A stretch of 64,000 bases of DNA from a virus (IMGVR_UViG_3300020048_006428:183178-247177), one strand, 5' to 3'; shown: positions 16,547 through 27,753, counted from the first letter of the stretch. Numbers and translations: made by a program. The notes: generated from the letters alone by a model not told the origin.

Positions 16547-19500
16547 AATTGTGATAAATTATTATTATTTGTGTTATTATTATCTATATTACCAACTAAT
16601 GATTCATTTGATAAAGATTCTTGTTTTTGTGGGATTTCCAAACATTCTATATGATAATTTAAATCCCAAGTTGATTTAAATATAAAGAAATCTTTAATAA
16701 AATAACCATATTCATCCAACATAGGATATATAGATTTTATATTTGGATTATTTCTTAGTTTTAAAATATTTTTACTTCTATTAACCTTTGAAAAAATACG
16801 TTCCTTAATTGTTCCAAAATAAGTTAAATCTGTATCAAATTTATAATTACCACCACTTTTTTCTAATGTTGGGGCTTTAAACAATTCAATTTTATTAAAT
16901 ATAGGTGAATAATAACCACTGTGTCTATAAAGATTATTATATATGTTGTTTTTCAAACCACTATAATTTTCTACCTTCAATGGATTATCCTTTCTTTTTT
17001 CTATTTTTGTTGCTAAATGTAAATCTGAGTAATAATTTAATTGATTTAAAGATACAACATTACCTAAATCTAATTTCTTATTAGGTTTTATTTCACTTAC
17101 TTCCAAAGTAATAGGATCAACATTATTTGATTGAATTCTTGTTAAGAATTCATCAGGTGTATCACATTTCAATAAAACAGGTAATTTTTCTAATGTTTTG
17201 AAATCATTAAAATCATAAATGTTTAAAGATAAATCTTCATTAATTATAATATATCTAATCTTATCACTAAAATCATAATTATTTTCCAAATCATTAATTG
17301 CTTGCATAAAATTATTAGCAGTTAATTTTTTATAAATATCGGAATATAAATCATCTCTATTTGTATTAGATATATTATCATTTTCAACTACCCAATTACT
17401 AAATCCCAAATCTATACAAGTAGAAAAGGTATTATCATTTATATAGATATTTACTAATACATTTTTCCATTTTTTATTAATGTAGATATTAATACCATTT
17501 TCCAAAGTTGATAATGGTGTATTATTAATAACTGTTGGTTGCCCCCTTTTACTTAATGTTGTTGATATAGATGTTGGATTGTCATTATCTACACAAAAAT
17601 ATAATCTATTATTCATTTCAATTATTGGATTTTTACCATCTGAAAATGAATTATGATATAAATAATTTGTATCAGGTTTTAAGCTATAAATCCTTTTCCA
17701 ATTGCTATCTAATGGTGGTTCTAATCCTCTAATAGGAAATCCTATTGTCACATAAACAACATCATTATAAACAACATAATGTCCATTTGAAAATAATAAT
17801 GAATTCCACATTGAATTTAATGGTTCATATGTTTTTTCTAATTGCCACAATTCTATTATGTCCCAAATTACATCAGAATTTGGAGATTCTGACCAATTGT
17901 TTATATAATTTCCATTATCCACATAAAAATTATTATTATTTGGTGCTGTATTAGTTTCTATATTTGCTTTCCATATTTTATTTTTATATAACACAACATC
18001 ATCAATAGAATATGTATTTCCGGGTATCCAAAAATTATTTCCATTTATACCACTTGAATAATAATAATCCCCACTATTATATACCAATGGTGGAATAATT
18101 ACACCTAATGAAAAAACAGTCTGACCAAAATAAAACATATTATTTTTAGTAGTTGAATTTGAACCATCAATATTAGTTGACCAAAATATATTATTATCAG
18201 TAAATAATCCCCAATCTGTTGAATTATATGGATATGAACTTGGATTAGTTATTTGTGACTGTGTTGATGAAATATATAAAATATCATTAAACTTAACAAT
18301 GCTGCTAACCTTATAAATCTTATCATGTTTCCATTCATCTATTAGTTTCCATCTAAGATAGTTAGAACCATAATTAACATTACCAATATTTATATCAGTT
18401 GAACTATTTACTACATAATTATTTTCACTTAATAGAATAGCGAATTTATAATCTGAATATCCATTATTAGACTTTATATTAATTGCATCTATTTTATCAT
18501 CAGTTATTTTAACACCATTAACATCATATAATTTAAATTTTAATCCTCTAAATAAAGTTGTATTGGGTATTGTATTGTCACCAATATTAAAATAAGACCA
18601 TTTTTCAACATTTCTTATTTCACTACCTGAATCAAATAGTGTCTTTTTACCAAAGAAATAAGAAAAATAATCTAAATCATAATCAACATTAAGATATCTA
18701 TTTAAAGCAAATGTAGTTTTTGTTAAATTTTTAACTACACCACTATTTGTTGCAGTAACTACAATAAAATTAATATCTGTTGTTAAACACCAATTATCTG
18801 TTGCATTATAAAAAATATCTGTTATATAAGCGGTAGTATTATATTGTGGGTGGGTATATCCACTATCCTGTGTTATTTGAATATTATCACCTATACTAAA
18901 TGCGCCAATATTAGATATATTTATAAAAACAACCTTATTATTAATATTCTTATTAGTTGTAAAATATATTGATTCATCATCTACAACATGTAGACTATGA
19001 AATAAGTAATCATTTGAATCTGGATTAATAGTTAGGAAATAATCTAAATTTCTTTCTTGTCTATTAGGTTTAGGATCAAATGTATTAGTTGTTCTATTAA
19101 AATCTTCTGATATAAAAGAATTATTTAATAAATATGGGTAGTCACTTGATGAAATTGAATTTTGATATCCCCATTTTAATCGCTGGGCATTCTTCTTCCA
19201 CAAAGATGATAGATTATTATCAATAATCCTAAATGTTTCTGAATTTGCTGTATATTCAGAAGATGTTGGTATGTTAACAACCACATCATTTATTTTAAAA
19301 TCATCATAATCTTTTGGATTTGACTTTGATTCTTGGTTAACGACATACATTTTTGTTTCATCTGTTTGTGTTAATTGTGTTTTTTTAATATACTCATATT
19401 TAGAAAAATCAGTTTCCACTATGTTTGTATCAAAATCCATTATATCAGTAAACTTACATCTATAAATTGCAAATTTCTTAGGTGGATTTTGGCTATCAAC

Positions 19501-20901
19501 ATTTAAATTTATAGTTTTTCTATATGTAGGATCTGGACTATTTATATAATATTCAAATTTTTCCAATGATTGTGAAAAAGCATAATCAGTTTTTATATAA
19601 TAAACCCCATCAGTTTTTATTATGTTATGATAAACAGAATCTATTTCAATTAACCAAACATCTGAATCATCATAATTTTCAATTTCAAATACATCATCAT
19701 TATAGAAACTTATTTTATTTAGAGAATCTATTTTTATTAAATTTTTATTAATTTCTGATTGTCTACCTTCTAAGTTAATATTACTTATTATTTTATATTT
19801 AGTTAGATATTCTATATTTGGTTTATCTTCATATGAATTTTTACCAACTTTAACTTTAGTTAGTTTAGTTGCTTGTTCTTCTAAATATTTTTCTATTTTA
19901 TAAAAATCACCACTAATTTCAATATATGGATAATCATTTTTTTTAAAAGATTGTTCAAATGGATCAATATTAGATAGACTATATAAAATATTATTTTTAT
20001 CAATGACTACATCATCAACTACATTTGGTAATAAATAAGGACTAACATATTTTGTCAATTCTAAAGCATCCATATAAAAACCAACATACCTATTTAGCGA
20101 CCATTTTCTAAGTGAACTTGGTGTAGCCGGTGTATCATCAAATAAGAAGCTTAAATTTAATATATTTGGAAAAACAACTTTATTATTTTTATAACCATCA
20201 AATATGAATTTTTCAAATTCATAATATAATTGTTCATACTCTAAAAATGTATCCATCATAAATGATTTTTCACTATATCCACCATCTTCATAATCTATAC
20301 CAATCCATGTTGAAAATTCCAATTTTCTAAAATCCATATAGAATGGTGCATTTGGAAAAGACTTATTTTTTAAGATATTTTTTTCCAACCATTCACCAAG
20401 TTTAGTTTTTCTTGTTAAATCAAATAATTTAACACATTTTAATTTATTTATTATTTCACTATTGAAATTAGACTTATCAATATTCAATAATCCAGGTCCA
20501 TCAATTCTAAATATTATAAAATTGCTTGGTAATCCAGTTTTTGAAATATATAATGGTGCGAAATATTCAAATTCTTCACTATAATCTTTATTTTCAATTA
20601 TATTTCTTGCACCATATTGATATATATCATCATATTGCTTAGAAAAATCAGATGACATATTATCATTATCATTATCATCTTTAATACCGAATGCAATATC
20701 AACTGGTGTATTCTTAAAGAAATGTGGTAATACTTCATCCCAATAATTATCTTTATTAAATTCCATTTTTTTATATTTTGTAGATGATAATTCTGAATTT
20801 GATATTATAGAATCTACATATAAACTGTATGAACCACTAATCAAAATTTTTGCATTAGTGGTTAATCCTACATTAGTTCTTAGTATTGAATGACTTTTCA
20901 T
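16543..20901 (-). CDS. giant N/Y/S/T-rich protein (1452 aa), probable virion/tail fibre-like structural protein
   Basis: intact 4.36-kb ORF; low-complexity N/Y-rich composition; function inferred only. Confidence 0.5.
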   Translation of the reverse strand: MKSHSILRTNVGLTTNAKILISGSYSLYVDSIISNSELSSTKYKKMEFNKDNYWDEVLPHFFKNTPVDIAFGIKDDNDNDNMSSDFSKQYDDIYQYGARNIIENKDYSEEFEYFAPLYISKTGLPSNFIIFRIDGPGLLNIDKSNFNSEIINKLKCVKLFDLTRKTKLGEWLEKNILKNKSFPNAPFYMDFRKLEFSTWIGIDYEDGGYSEKSFMMDTFLEYEQLYYEFEKFIFDGYKNNKVVFPNILNLSFLFDDTPATPSSLRKWSLNRYVGFYMDALELTKYVSPYLLPNVVDDVVIDKNNILYSLSNIDPFEQSFKKNDYPYIEISGDFYKIEKYLEEQATKLTKVKVGKNSYEDKPNIEYLTKYKIISNINLEGRQSEINKNLIKIDSLNKISFYNDDVFEIENYDDSDVWLIEIDSVYHNIIKTDGVYYIKTDYAFSQSLEKFEYYINSPDPTYRKTINLNVDSQNPPKKFAIYRCKFTDIMDFDTNIVETDFSKYEYIKKTQLTQTDETKMYVVNQESKSNPKDYDDFKINDVVVNIPTSSEYTANSETFRIIDNNLSSLWKKNAQRLKWGYQNSISSSDYPYLLNNSFISEDFNRTTNTFDPKPNRQERNLDYFLTINPDSNDYLFHSLHVVDDESIYFTTNKNINNKVVFINISNIGAFSIGDNIQITQDSGYTHPQYNTTAYITDIFYNATDNWCLTTDINFIVVTATNSGVVKNLTKTTFALNRYLNVDYDLDYFSYFFGKKTLFDSGSEIRNVEKWSYFNIGDNTIPNTTLFRGLKFKLYDVNGVKITDDKIDAINIKSNNGYSDYKFAILLSENNYVVNSSTDINIGNVNYGSNYLRWKLIDEWKHDKIYKVSSIVKFNDILYISSTQSQITNPSSYPYNSTDWGLFTDNNIFWSTNIDGSNSTTKNNMFYFGQTVFSLGVIIPPLVYNSGDYYYSSGINGNNFWIPGNTYSIDDVVLYKNKIWKANIETNTAPNNNNFYVDNGNYINNWSESPNSDVIWDIIELWQLEKTYEPLNSMWNSLLFSNGHYVVYNDVVYVTIGFPIRGLEPPLDSNWKRIYSLKPDTNYLYHNSFSDGKNPIIEMNNRLYFCVDNDNPTSISTTLSKRGQPTVINNTPLSTLENGINIYINKKWKNVLVNIYINDNTFSTCIDLGFSNWVVENDNISNTNRDDLYSDIYKKLTANNFMQAINDLENNYDFSDKIRYIIINEDLSLNIYDFNDFKTLEKLPVLLKCDTPDEFLTRIQSNNVDPITLEVSEIKPNKKLDLGNVVSLNQLNYYSDLHLATKIEKRKDNPLKVENYSGLKNNIYNNLYRHSGYYSPIFNKIELFKAPTLEKSGGNYKFDTDLTYFGTIKERIFSKVNRSKNILKLRNNPNIKSIYPMLDEYGYFIKDFFIFKSTWDLNYHIECLEIPQKQESLSNESLVGNIDNNNTNNNNLSQL

Positions 20902-23900
20902 TATCTATTTGATATTAATTGTGTTGGGGTTGAAGCCAATGTTTTCTTAGATATTACTTTTGATCTATTTATTACAAATTTTATAGTAAATATAAATGGT
21001 CTATTATCTGCTTCATTTTCCAAAAGAAATCTAAGCTTTTTAATATGTGTTACTGTTGATTTGGAACTATTTAAATTTATATATTGATAATTCAATCCTG
21101 GCAATGAAGAATCAACCGAATTCATTTTAAAATATATATTTATTGGTATATTTATATCATTTTTATCCCCACCATCTAAATTTTTAATTTTATCAGCATT
21201 TGTTTCTTGAATTTTATCCAATCCTTGAACTTGTGGATGTATTGACGTTAATAATTTAGTTGTTGATGAAACACTTACATTTGTATCTATCCATTTTGTA
21301 GTATCTAATAAAGAATTATTATTACCAACAAATGTTAATATAGATCTACCAGAATAACCAACATTATATTCACTTGATGAAAGAATATTTGTTATTGAAT
21401 TACTCCCTAAATTAACAAATCCATTACCTATATTTTCAGATAATTTTGTAACAGTTGTTTGCTTAACACTGTCATAATTAACTGACCAAAGATATTGATA
21501 ATTATTTTGTGTTTTAGTAGTTCCTGTTGAATTATCTACCACTAATTCATTTTGTTGATTAACCCAAAATACTTGAGGTGTTGCATTATTATATAAATCA
21601 CTATTTGAATCTGAATATGTTCTATTAGATAATAATCCAAGTGGACTTTCAGTTGATTTATTCTTTAATTTCATAAGGAAATCCTTAATAACATAAATAT
21701 TATTTTGATAAACCCTTCCTGTTGGAACACCCGCTGCTGTATAATTATCCAAATAATCTTCACATTCTATATTAAATACGATTTCACTTCCGTTTTTAAC
21801 AATGAATAATTCACTATTTCTAAATATAGACACTTCAAGTTCACCTTTAGCTCTTTTGATTTTTTCTTCAAGTGAAACAATTTTATTTTCAAGTTTTTTC
21901 AAATATTCAAATAAATCTAAAGCTATACCATTTTCATCTTTAAATCCTGATAATATTTTATCTGATTGGTGATGATATGTAACATTATTAACAGTTACCT
22001 GTTCTGACAAATGTTCATCTAATCCTTTTGCAGATAAATCATTCTGAACACTTACTCTTAAATCTTCTTTAGTAGCTTCTTTTAAAATAAAGTCATTTTC
22101 ATTTAAAACATTATTTAAATCATCAGGGAATTCTAAGGTCAATTCATTACTCCAATCTGATTCAACTGGTGATTCTGGCCAACCAACTTCTGATATAGAT
22201 TTTATTCTTATTAAAACCTTTTCACCATATCTTATTGGTATATCCAATTGATTTATATTTGGTGTATCTGCATCTGCAACATCTTCAATTTCCCATGTAT
22301 AAACACCTGTTGTAGCATCAAATGTTCTTTTTCTTGTATCGGTTTTAAATTCATTCCAATTTGATATTGCACCAGTTTTTTGATTAGTATTAGAATCACT
22401 TAAAACAGTTGTTTCAACAGGTGATTCTCTACCATCTTTACTAAGATATTTGTATTGAATTCTAAATTGTACAATTTCTTGTGGTTTAGTTCCTCTAGTA
22501 ATAACTGCTTCAGGAATTGACCAAAATCCACGTATTCTAAATATAGGATTAACTTTTATATTAGGTGACTTAGACATATCCAATATTTCAGAAGTAACTG
22601 ATGATAATAATTTAGATTTACTTTCTTTATTTTTGTTTAATAAATCTAATTCATTTGAAAATTGCTTCTTTTCAGATTCAGATGTAAATCTTTGAACCTT
22701 TAATTGTTTAGTTTTTTCTGATAAAGCATCATATATTTGCTTTATTTCAGATTTAATATTTTTTTGTTGATTATGTTTATTTTTTATTAAATTTGAATCT
22801 GGCGTATCAGTTAAATGTTTGTTAATCTGAACAACCTTAAAGTTATCTATATTTAAAGTAACAAGATTGGGTGTTCCTGCTAAAGTATTTGGTGTTTTTT
22901 TAGCAACTAAATCAGTTAATACTTGACCATAATCATATACAATATCTGTATAAAACTGTTCCATTGATGTTCCAGTATCGGATTCCCTCAAATCATTTGT
23001 CCAAAAACCTAAACCCGAACTCCAATTTTTAGATAATATATAATTTTCCATATTCAAACCCTTTATAAAAAGAATGTTTCTTTCATTGTAGCCAACACTT
23101 ATTAAAACATTCTTATTATATAAAACAGGGGAATATATCTTTAATGTACCTACACCAACTGGTATTGGTTCATTTCCTTCAACTCTTTCAAATCTTAATT
23201 TTGGATTTGAAGATGTATTTGAAATTTCTATTATTTTATATCTTGTAGTAGAAATTGGTGTATTTATAATCAATTCATCGTTTACTTTTAGTTCTATAGC
23301 TTCTTGTGTAATTACACCATTCACAGTAATATTTCTAACATAACTTAAAGTATCTACATAATAAAATAATTTTCTATTTATTGTATCTTCTTCAACTTTT
23401 AAAACTGTAAATGTTCCATCATATTCCAATATATTTGGTTCTAAATCAAATAATTGTTCATCATAATTTGGATTAATTGATTCAATTAATCCTGGTGTAT
23501 TTAGGTGCCATTCTAAATATTCATCTAATGTAAAACCATTTTTATTTTTAAATAAATTATTAAAGCTATTCAATGCAGACTGTCCTAATGGTGTAAAATT
23601 TCCACTTGAATCTTTAGCAAATTCTGGAATATATCTTCTACATAATATTTTTCTAACATTATTTTCAATTTGTGAATTTAAGTCCAATTCAACAAATATC
23701 TGTGGATTTAATAATCCATCAAAAAACCAATTCTTTTTAGTTTTAAATGTTGTTAATTGATTTAAACTACCAATATCATTTGGTTCTCTATTCAAATCAA
23801 CAGTAACTACCTTTTTAAATTTAGATCCATTTGATGGTTGTATTAAAGCACCTGCTTCATTTATACCATAGATTGAATTTATATTGTTATTTAATCTATC

Positions 23901-24095
23901 AATTTCAGATTTTAAATATCCGAAAGATGGTAATGTAAATTGTTTTATTACCCCACTTTGATCAGCAATATTAACTGTAACAGATGGATCTGATGTTGTT
24001 ACTAAATTATTTATTTTTGATAATAAATCAACAATATTATTATTAAAATTAATAACTTGTTCTGCTACTGTTACAAATGAATTTTGACCTGCCAT
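20901..24095 (-). CDS. giant protein (1064 aa) with central coiled-coil, probable structural protein
   Basis: intact 3.2-kb ORF; stop overlaps start of 1452-aa gene. Confidence 0.5.
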   Translation of the reverse strand: MAGQNSFVTVAEQVINFNNNIVDLLSKINNLVTTSDPSVTVNIADQSGVIKQFTLPSFGYLKSEIDRLNNNINSIYGINEAGALIQPSNGSKFKKVVTVDLNREPNDIGSLNQLTTFKTKKNWFFDGLLNPQIFVELDLNSQIENNVRKILCRRYIPEFAKDSSGNFTPLGQSALNSFNNLFKNKNGFTLDEYLEWHLNTPGLIESINPNYDEQLFDLEPNILEYDGTFTVLKVEEDTINRKLFYYVDTLSYVRNITVNGVITQEAIELKVNDELIINTPISTTRYKIIEISNTSSNPKLRFERVEGNEPIPVGVGTLKIYSPVLYNKNVLISVGYNERNILFIKGLNMENYILSKNWSSGLGFWTNDLRESDTGTSMEQFYTDIVYDYGQVLTDLVAKKTPNTLAGTPNLVTLNIDNFKVVQINKHLTDTPDSNLIKNKHNQQKNIKSEIKQIYDALSEKTKQLKVQRFTSESEKKQFSNELDLLNKNKESKSKLLSSVTSEILDMSKSPNIKVNPIFRIRGFWSIPEAVITRGTKPQEIVQFRIQYKYLSKDGRESPVETTVLSDSNTNQKTGAISNWNEFKTDTRKRTFDATTGVYTWEIEDVADADTPNINQLDIPIRYGEKVLIRIKSISEVGWPESPVESDWSNELTLEFPDDLNNVLNENDFILKEATKEDLRVSVQNDLSAKGLDEHLSEQVTVNNVTYHHQSDKILSGFKDENGIALDLFEYLKKLENKIVSLEEKIKRAKGELEVSIFRNSELFIVKNGSEIVFNIECEDYLDNYTAAGVPTGRVYQNNIYVIKDFLMKLKNKSTESPLGLLSNRTYSDSNSDLYNNATPQVFWVNQQNELVVDNSTGTTKTQNNYQYLWSVNYDSVKQTTVTKLSENIGNGFVNLGSNSITNILSSSEYNVGYSGRSILTFVGNNNSLLDTTKWIDTNVSVSSTTKLLTSIHPQVQGLDKIQETNADKIKNLDGGDKNDINIPINIYFKMNSVDSSLPGLNYQYINLNSSKSTVTHIKKLRFLLENEADNRPFIFTIKFVINRSKVISKKTLASTPTQLISNR

Positions 24096-24213
24096 TATAT
24101 ATAAACTTGTTTTTCTTATATATTAAATTTTTAACTTTTCTAAAAATATATTTTTTTATTTAAAATGTTTTACTTATATTTGTGTAAGTTTTTGTGTAAA
24201 ATTTAAAAAAAAA

Positions 24214-24651
24214 ATGACAATTGAAGAAATTTGTACATATTATGGTATAGAAAATTATACAATTAATCCTGATTATTCTATTAATGTAGATGGTAATGTT
24301 GATTTCAGATATAAATATCTAACTAAACTTCCCTTAAAATTTAATAAAGTAATTGGTTCATTCTTTTGTTATGAAAATTTACTAACCACTTTAGAAGGCG
24401 CGCCTAATTATGTCGGTGGATATTTTTCTTGTACTAATAATAAATTAACATCATTAGAAGGATGTCCCAAAGAAATTCATGGAGATTTTTATTGTAATGA
24501 TAATAATCTAATCAGTTTAGAGGGTACTAATTATATAGGTAAGGATTTTTATTGTATTGATAATCCTTTACCACAAGAAATACTTGATAATCCAAAAGCA
24601 GAAATATCTCGTTTAAATCGTGAAAAAAAATTAAAATATTTATTAGAATAA
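24214..24651 (+). CDS. LRR-like repeat protein, paralogue of 7747
   Basis: MTIEEICTYY..; repeats NKLTSLEGCPKEIHGDFYCNDNNLISLEG; ends NPLPQEILDNPKAEISRLNREKK. Confidence 0.5.
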   Translation: MTIEEICTYYGIENYTINPDYSINVDGNVDFRYKYLTKLPLKFNKVIGSFFCYENLLTTLEGAPNYVGGYFSCTNNKLTSLEGCPKEIHGDFYCNDNNLISLEGTNYIGKDFYCIDNPLPQEILDNPKAEISRLNREKKLKYLLE

Positions 24652-24748
24652 AAATAAACTTTTAGAATATATAATATATAATATTGGTATAATAGTAATA
24701 TTGTACATTTAGGCAATTTGTAAAAATATAAAAAATTAACAGAAATTT

Positions 24749-25552
24749 ATGGTAGACGTACAAGCAATTAAATCTTTTAGTGAGCAAGATTCTTATTTTA
24801 AAGAACGAACAGGTAATGATTTTACTTTCTTTTATAATAAGTATTACCCAAAACTTATTTATTTCACAACCAAAATGTGTAATAATGATATTCAAAAAGC
24901 AGAAGATATAACAACTGATTCTTTTATGACTGCATTTGATAAAATATATATGTATGAAAAAGATAAATCACAATTTTCAACATGGTTATTTACAATTGCA
25001 AGAAATTTTGTCTTACAAGATATTAAGAAGAAAAAGAAAACAATTTCACTTGATGTTGAATTTGATGAAGAAGGCACAACCTTAAAAGACTTTATTCAAG
25101 AAGATGAAGATTTAAGTTATATTTCCGATGTAGCAAGTAAAAAGGCTGTTATTTTAAATAAATATATTAATGAATTAAAAGAACCCTATAAAAAGGTTAT
25201 AGAAATGCGTGAAATCAAAAAGATGACTTATAGAAATATTGCTTCTGATTTAGGTGATGATATAACTATAACTTTGGATATAACTTCAGAAGAAGAATTT
25301 GAACTTCCTAAAGAAATATCATTGATTTATAATTTCGTTGATTCTAACGGTAATGAAAGTGGATATGAAGCAATAGTAAAACCAAAATCTCCTTTCTTTA
25401 CTTATATTAAAGCTTTACCAGGTAAATATACACTACATGGTAGATGTCCTAAAAATCTAAATACAGTTAAAAGTTCCATTAAAAATGGAAGGGCAATACT
25501 TATAAATAAATCTAAAAAAGAATTTCAGATACTTGATGAAATGTTTTTGTAA
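24749..25552 (+). CDS. sigma-70 family (ECF-like) RNA polymerase sigma factor with C-terminal extension
   Basis: region 2 AEDITTDSFMTAFDK..FSTWLFTIARNFVLQDIKK; region 4 LKEPYKKVIEMREIKKMTYRNIASDLG. Confidence 0.55.
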   Translation: MVDVQAIKSFSEQDSYFKERTGNDFTFFYNKYYPKLIYFTTKMCNNDIQKAEDITTDSFMTAFDKIYMYEKDKSQFSTWLFTIARNFVLQDIKKKKKTISLDVEFDEEGTTLKDFIQEDEDLSYISDVASKKAVILNKYINELKEPYKKVIEMREIKKMTYRNIASDLGDDITITLDITSEEEFELPKEISLIYNFVDSNGNESGYEAIVKPKSPFFTYIKALPGKYTLHGRCPKNLNTVKSSIKNGRAILINKSKKEFQILDEMFL

Positions 25553-25555
25553 ATT

Positions 25556-25573
25556 TTAATATATACTAAAAAC
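25556..25573 (+). promoter_or_regulatory. TTAATATATACTAAAAAC class-2 upstream motif
   Basis: 13 nt before ATG 25586. Confidence 0.45.
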
Positions 25574-25585
25574 ATATTATTAAAA

Positions 25586-26182
25586 ATGAAAAAATTAAAA
25601 TTTCTAGTTACAATAAATCAATATTTAAAAGAATCTAAAAACATTTTTTCATTTACTGAAAATCAATATTCAAACGCACAAAAATTATTTCAAGAAGTTT
25701 TTGATATCTATTTACGTAGAGTTTCAAGTGAAACATATCCAATGATATATCATTGTACAAGAATAGAAAATTATAATTACATAAAAAATAATGGATTAAT
25801 AAGCGAAAGAAATTATTTTTTAGAATATGATAATGATTTAAATAATTATGAAGATGGTGAACCTGGGATAGCATGTGGTGTAAATTATAAAGATGTCATT
25901 GATAGATTATACCCTGATCCAGAATGGGCGTCCTTTAATATAATTCAAAAAACCGGAAACCCCGATAAATTTTATGAAAAAAATATTGATGAAAGGGTTA
26001 TTTATTGTTTATGGATAACAGATATTCTAAAATTAGATATAACCAAAGAATTATCTATAAATGATATAACTGATGAAAAAATGGATTTTATGGTTGAAGA
26101 AAATATGTTTTGTTGGTTATATGTTAAAGGAAAAGTTTCACCTGATTTAATAACAATAGAAATAAATCCAGATTTACAATAA
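25586..26182 (+). CDS. hypothetical protein
   Basis: ORF. Confidence 0.4.
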   Translation: MKKLKFLVTINQYLKESKNIFSFTENQYSNAQKLFQEVFDIYLRRVSSETYPMIYHCTRIENYNYIKNNGLISERNYFLEYDNDLNNYEDGEPGIACGVNYKDVIDRLYPDPEWASFNIIQKTGNPDKFYEKNIDERVIYCLWITDILKLDITKELSINDITDEKMDFMVEENMFCWLYVKGKVSPDLITIEINPDLQ

Positions 26183-26184
26183 CA

Positions 26185-26216
26185 AAAAACCCATAATAGA
26201 AATATTATGGGTTTTT
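26185..26216 (+). terminator. rho-independent terminator
   Basis: aaaaacccataatagaaatattatgggttttt. Confidence 0.6.
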
Positions 26217-26238
26217 ATATAATTTTATATATATATGT

Positions 26239-26628
26239 ATGGAAAATACCTTAAAAGAAGCATTGGATATATTATTCAATGATAATGAATATAAATACAC
26301 ATTTGATAAATGTTTTTATATTAAAAAATTAAATTTAAAAGCTAAGTTTCCTGATAAATATTTTGCGATATTTTCCATTAATAAAGATCCAAAACTTAGC
26401 GAAGAATATTCTATAAATGTTTATATAGATGGTTCACGAAAAACTTTCCCAATGCCAAATGATAATATATTTAATTTTCTTTATATTTTTAAAAATAAAT
26501 TAAATTTATATACTAATGCACTAAGTGAATGCAATTATCATTTTAGTGAGTTAATGCGTATTAAAGATAAAGACTTTCTCTTACAAGAAATAAGAGATTC
26601 TAAACTAAATGATTTAGATATGATTTAA
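26239..26628 (+). CDS. hypothetical protein
   Basis: ORF. Confidence 0.35.
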   Translation: MENTLKEALDILFNDNEYKYTFDKCFYIKKLNLKAKFPDKYFAIFSINKDPKLSEEYSINVYIDGSRKTFPMPNDNIFNFLYIFKNKLNLYTNALSECNYHFSELMRIKDKDFLLQEIRDSKLNDLDMI

Positions 26629-26641
26629 ATTTAATTTAAAT

Positions 26642-27340
26642 TTAATAGAATTTAAAATATCTACCCTTGATAGACTTCATCTTTTCATTACAAACTCTAC
26701 TTATATTACTATTATCTATTTTAGTTGATCTTGAACAGTCCATTATTGAATCCCATTTTTCTATTATATTACCAAATTCATCAATTTCAACAACACACTT
26801 TCTAACAGCGTTTGGATTATCTATTTTTTTAACTGCTACTTTTTTAAATCTAAATATAAAACCACCTGTATGTGAAAATATACCATTACACGATCTTGAT
26901 ATATTTGAATGTGATAATTCTAATACTTCTGCTGCAAATCTAACAGATTTAAATTTTTGTATAAAATCACCATTTAAATCATATTGATAAACAATTTTAC
27001 TTATTTTTTTAATTGCACGATCTATAATTTCTCTTTTTCTGTTAATATTACCTTGCCCAGTTTCATCAGAATTTGTTAATTTACTATCTTTATATAATCT
27101 TATAAATTCTGTTTCATATTTAACAAATTCTGTTAAAGGACATATCTTTAATATTTTCATTAAAGGTTTTAGATTTTTTTTAATAAGACTATTTATCCAA
27201 ATTGATCTGTAGTTGTGTTCTTTTTTACAATACAAATGTTGTCTAAGTCTATCTTTAGGATTTATCGTCTTCCCTATATATCTAACACTATTATCCCTTG
27301 GATCTAACAATGCATATATGTATGCTATATCTGTTTTCAT
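26642..27340 (-). CDS. GIY-YIG homing endonuclease-like protein
   Basis: IAYIYALLDPRDNSVRYIGKT...R..H GIY-YIG motif; lone minus-strand gene among + genes. Confidence 0.6.
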   Translation of the reverse strand: MKTDIAYIYALLDPRDNSVRYIGKTINPKDRLRQHLYCKKEHNYRSIWINSLIKKNLKPLMKILKICPLTEFVKYETEFIRLYKDSKLTNSDETGQGNINRKREIIDRAIKKISKIVYQYDLNGDFIQKFKSVRFAAEVLELSHSNISRSCNGIFSHTGGFIFRFKKVAVKKIDNPNAVRKCVVEIDEFGNIIEKWDSIMDCSRSTKIDNSNISRVCNEKMKSIKGRYFKFY

Positions 27341-27425
27341 AAAATTATATATTATAAGTGGTGTTACCCATGTAAGAAAATAAACTTATTTATTTTATTA
27401 CATATAACTAAAAAATAATATAATT

Positions 27426-27746
27426 ATGATTACATATGTAAAAGAATTAACAAGTGAAAACTACAACGAATCAATTTCAAGAGGGATTGTTCTTGTTGAT
27501 ATAAAAAGTACATGGTGCGGACCATGTGGTACTCTTTCACCAATTATTGATGAAGTCGGTGCTCACTTTGGTAGTAGTGTGTTAGTTGGTAAACTTGATG
27601 TTGATGCAAATATTGAAACTGCCCAAGAATTAGGTATTAGAAATATACCAACTGTCCTTATTTATAAGGATGGTGAAATTGTTGATAGATTTACTGGAAT
27701 TAAATCTAAAAATGAAATTATTAAGTTAGTTGAAGTGTGGATTTAA
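27426..27746 (+). CDS. thioredoxin
   Basis: WCGPC active site in 106-aa protein. Confidence 0.8.
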   Translation: MITYVKELTSENYNESISRGIVLVDIKSTWCGPCGTLSPIIDEVGAHFGSSVLVGKLDVDANIETAQELGIRNIPTVLIYKDGEIVDRFTGIKSKNEIIKLVEVWI

Positions 27747-27753
27747 ATAGAAA

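Noticed and set aside
16543-24095. Short ORFs inside or antisense to the giant genes (17745..17954, 19566..19751, 20890..21087, 15978..16214, 14880..15080)
   Set aside because: Antisense or embedded frames in AT-rich DNA with low-complexity translations; chance ORFs.
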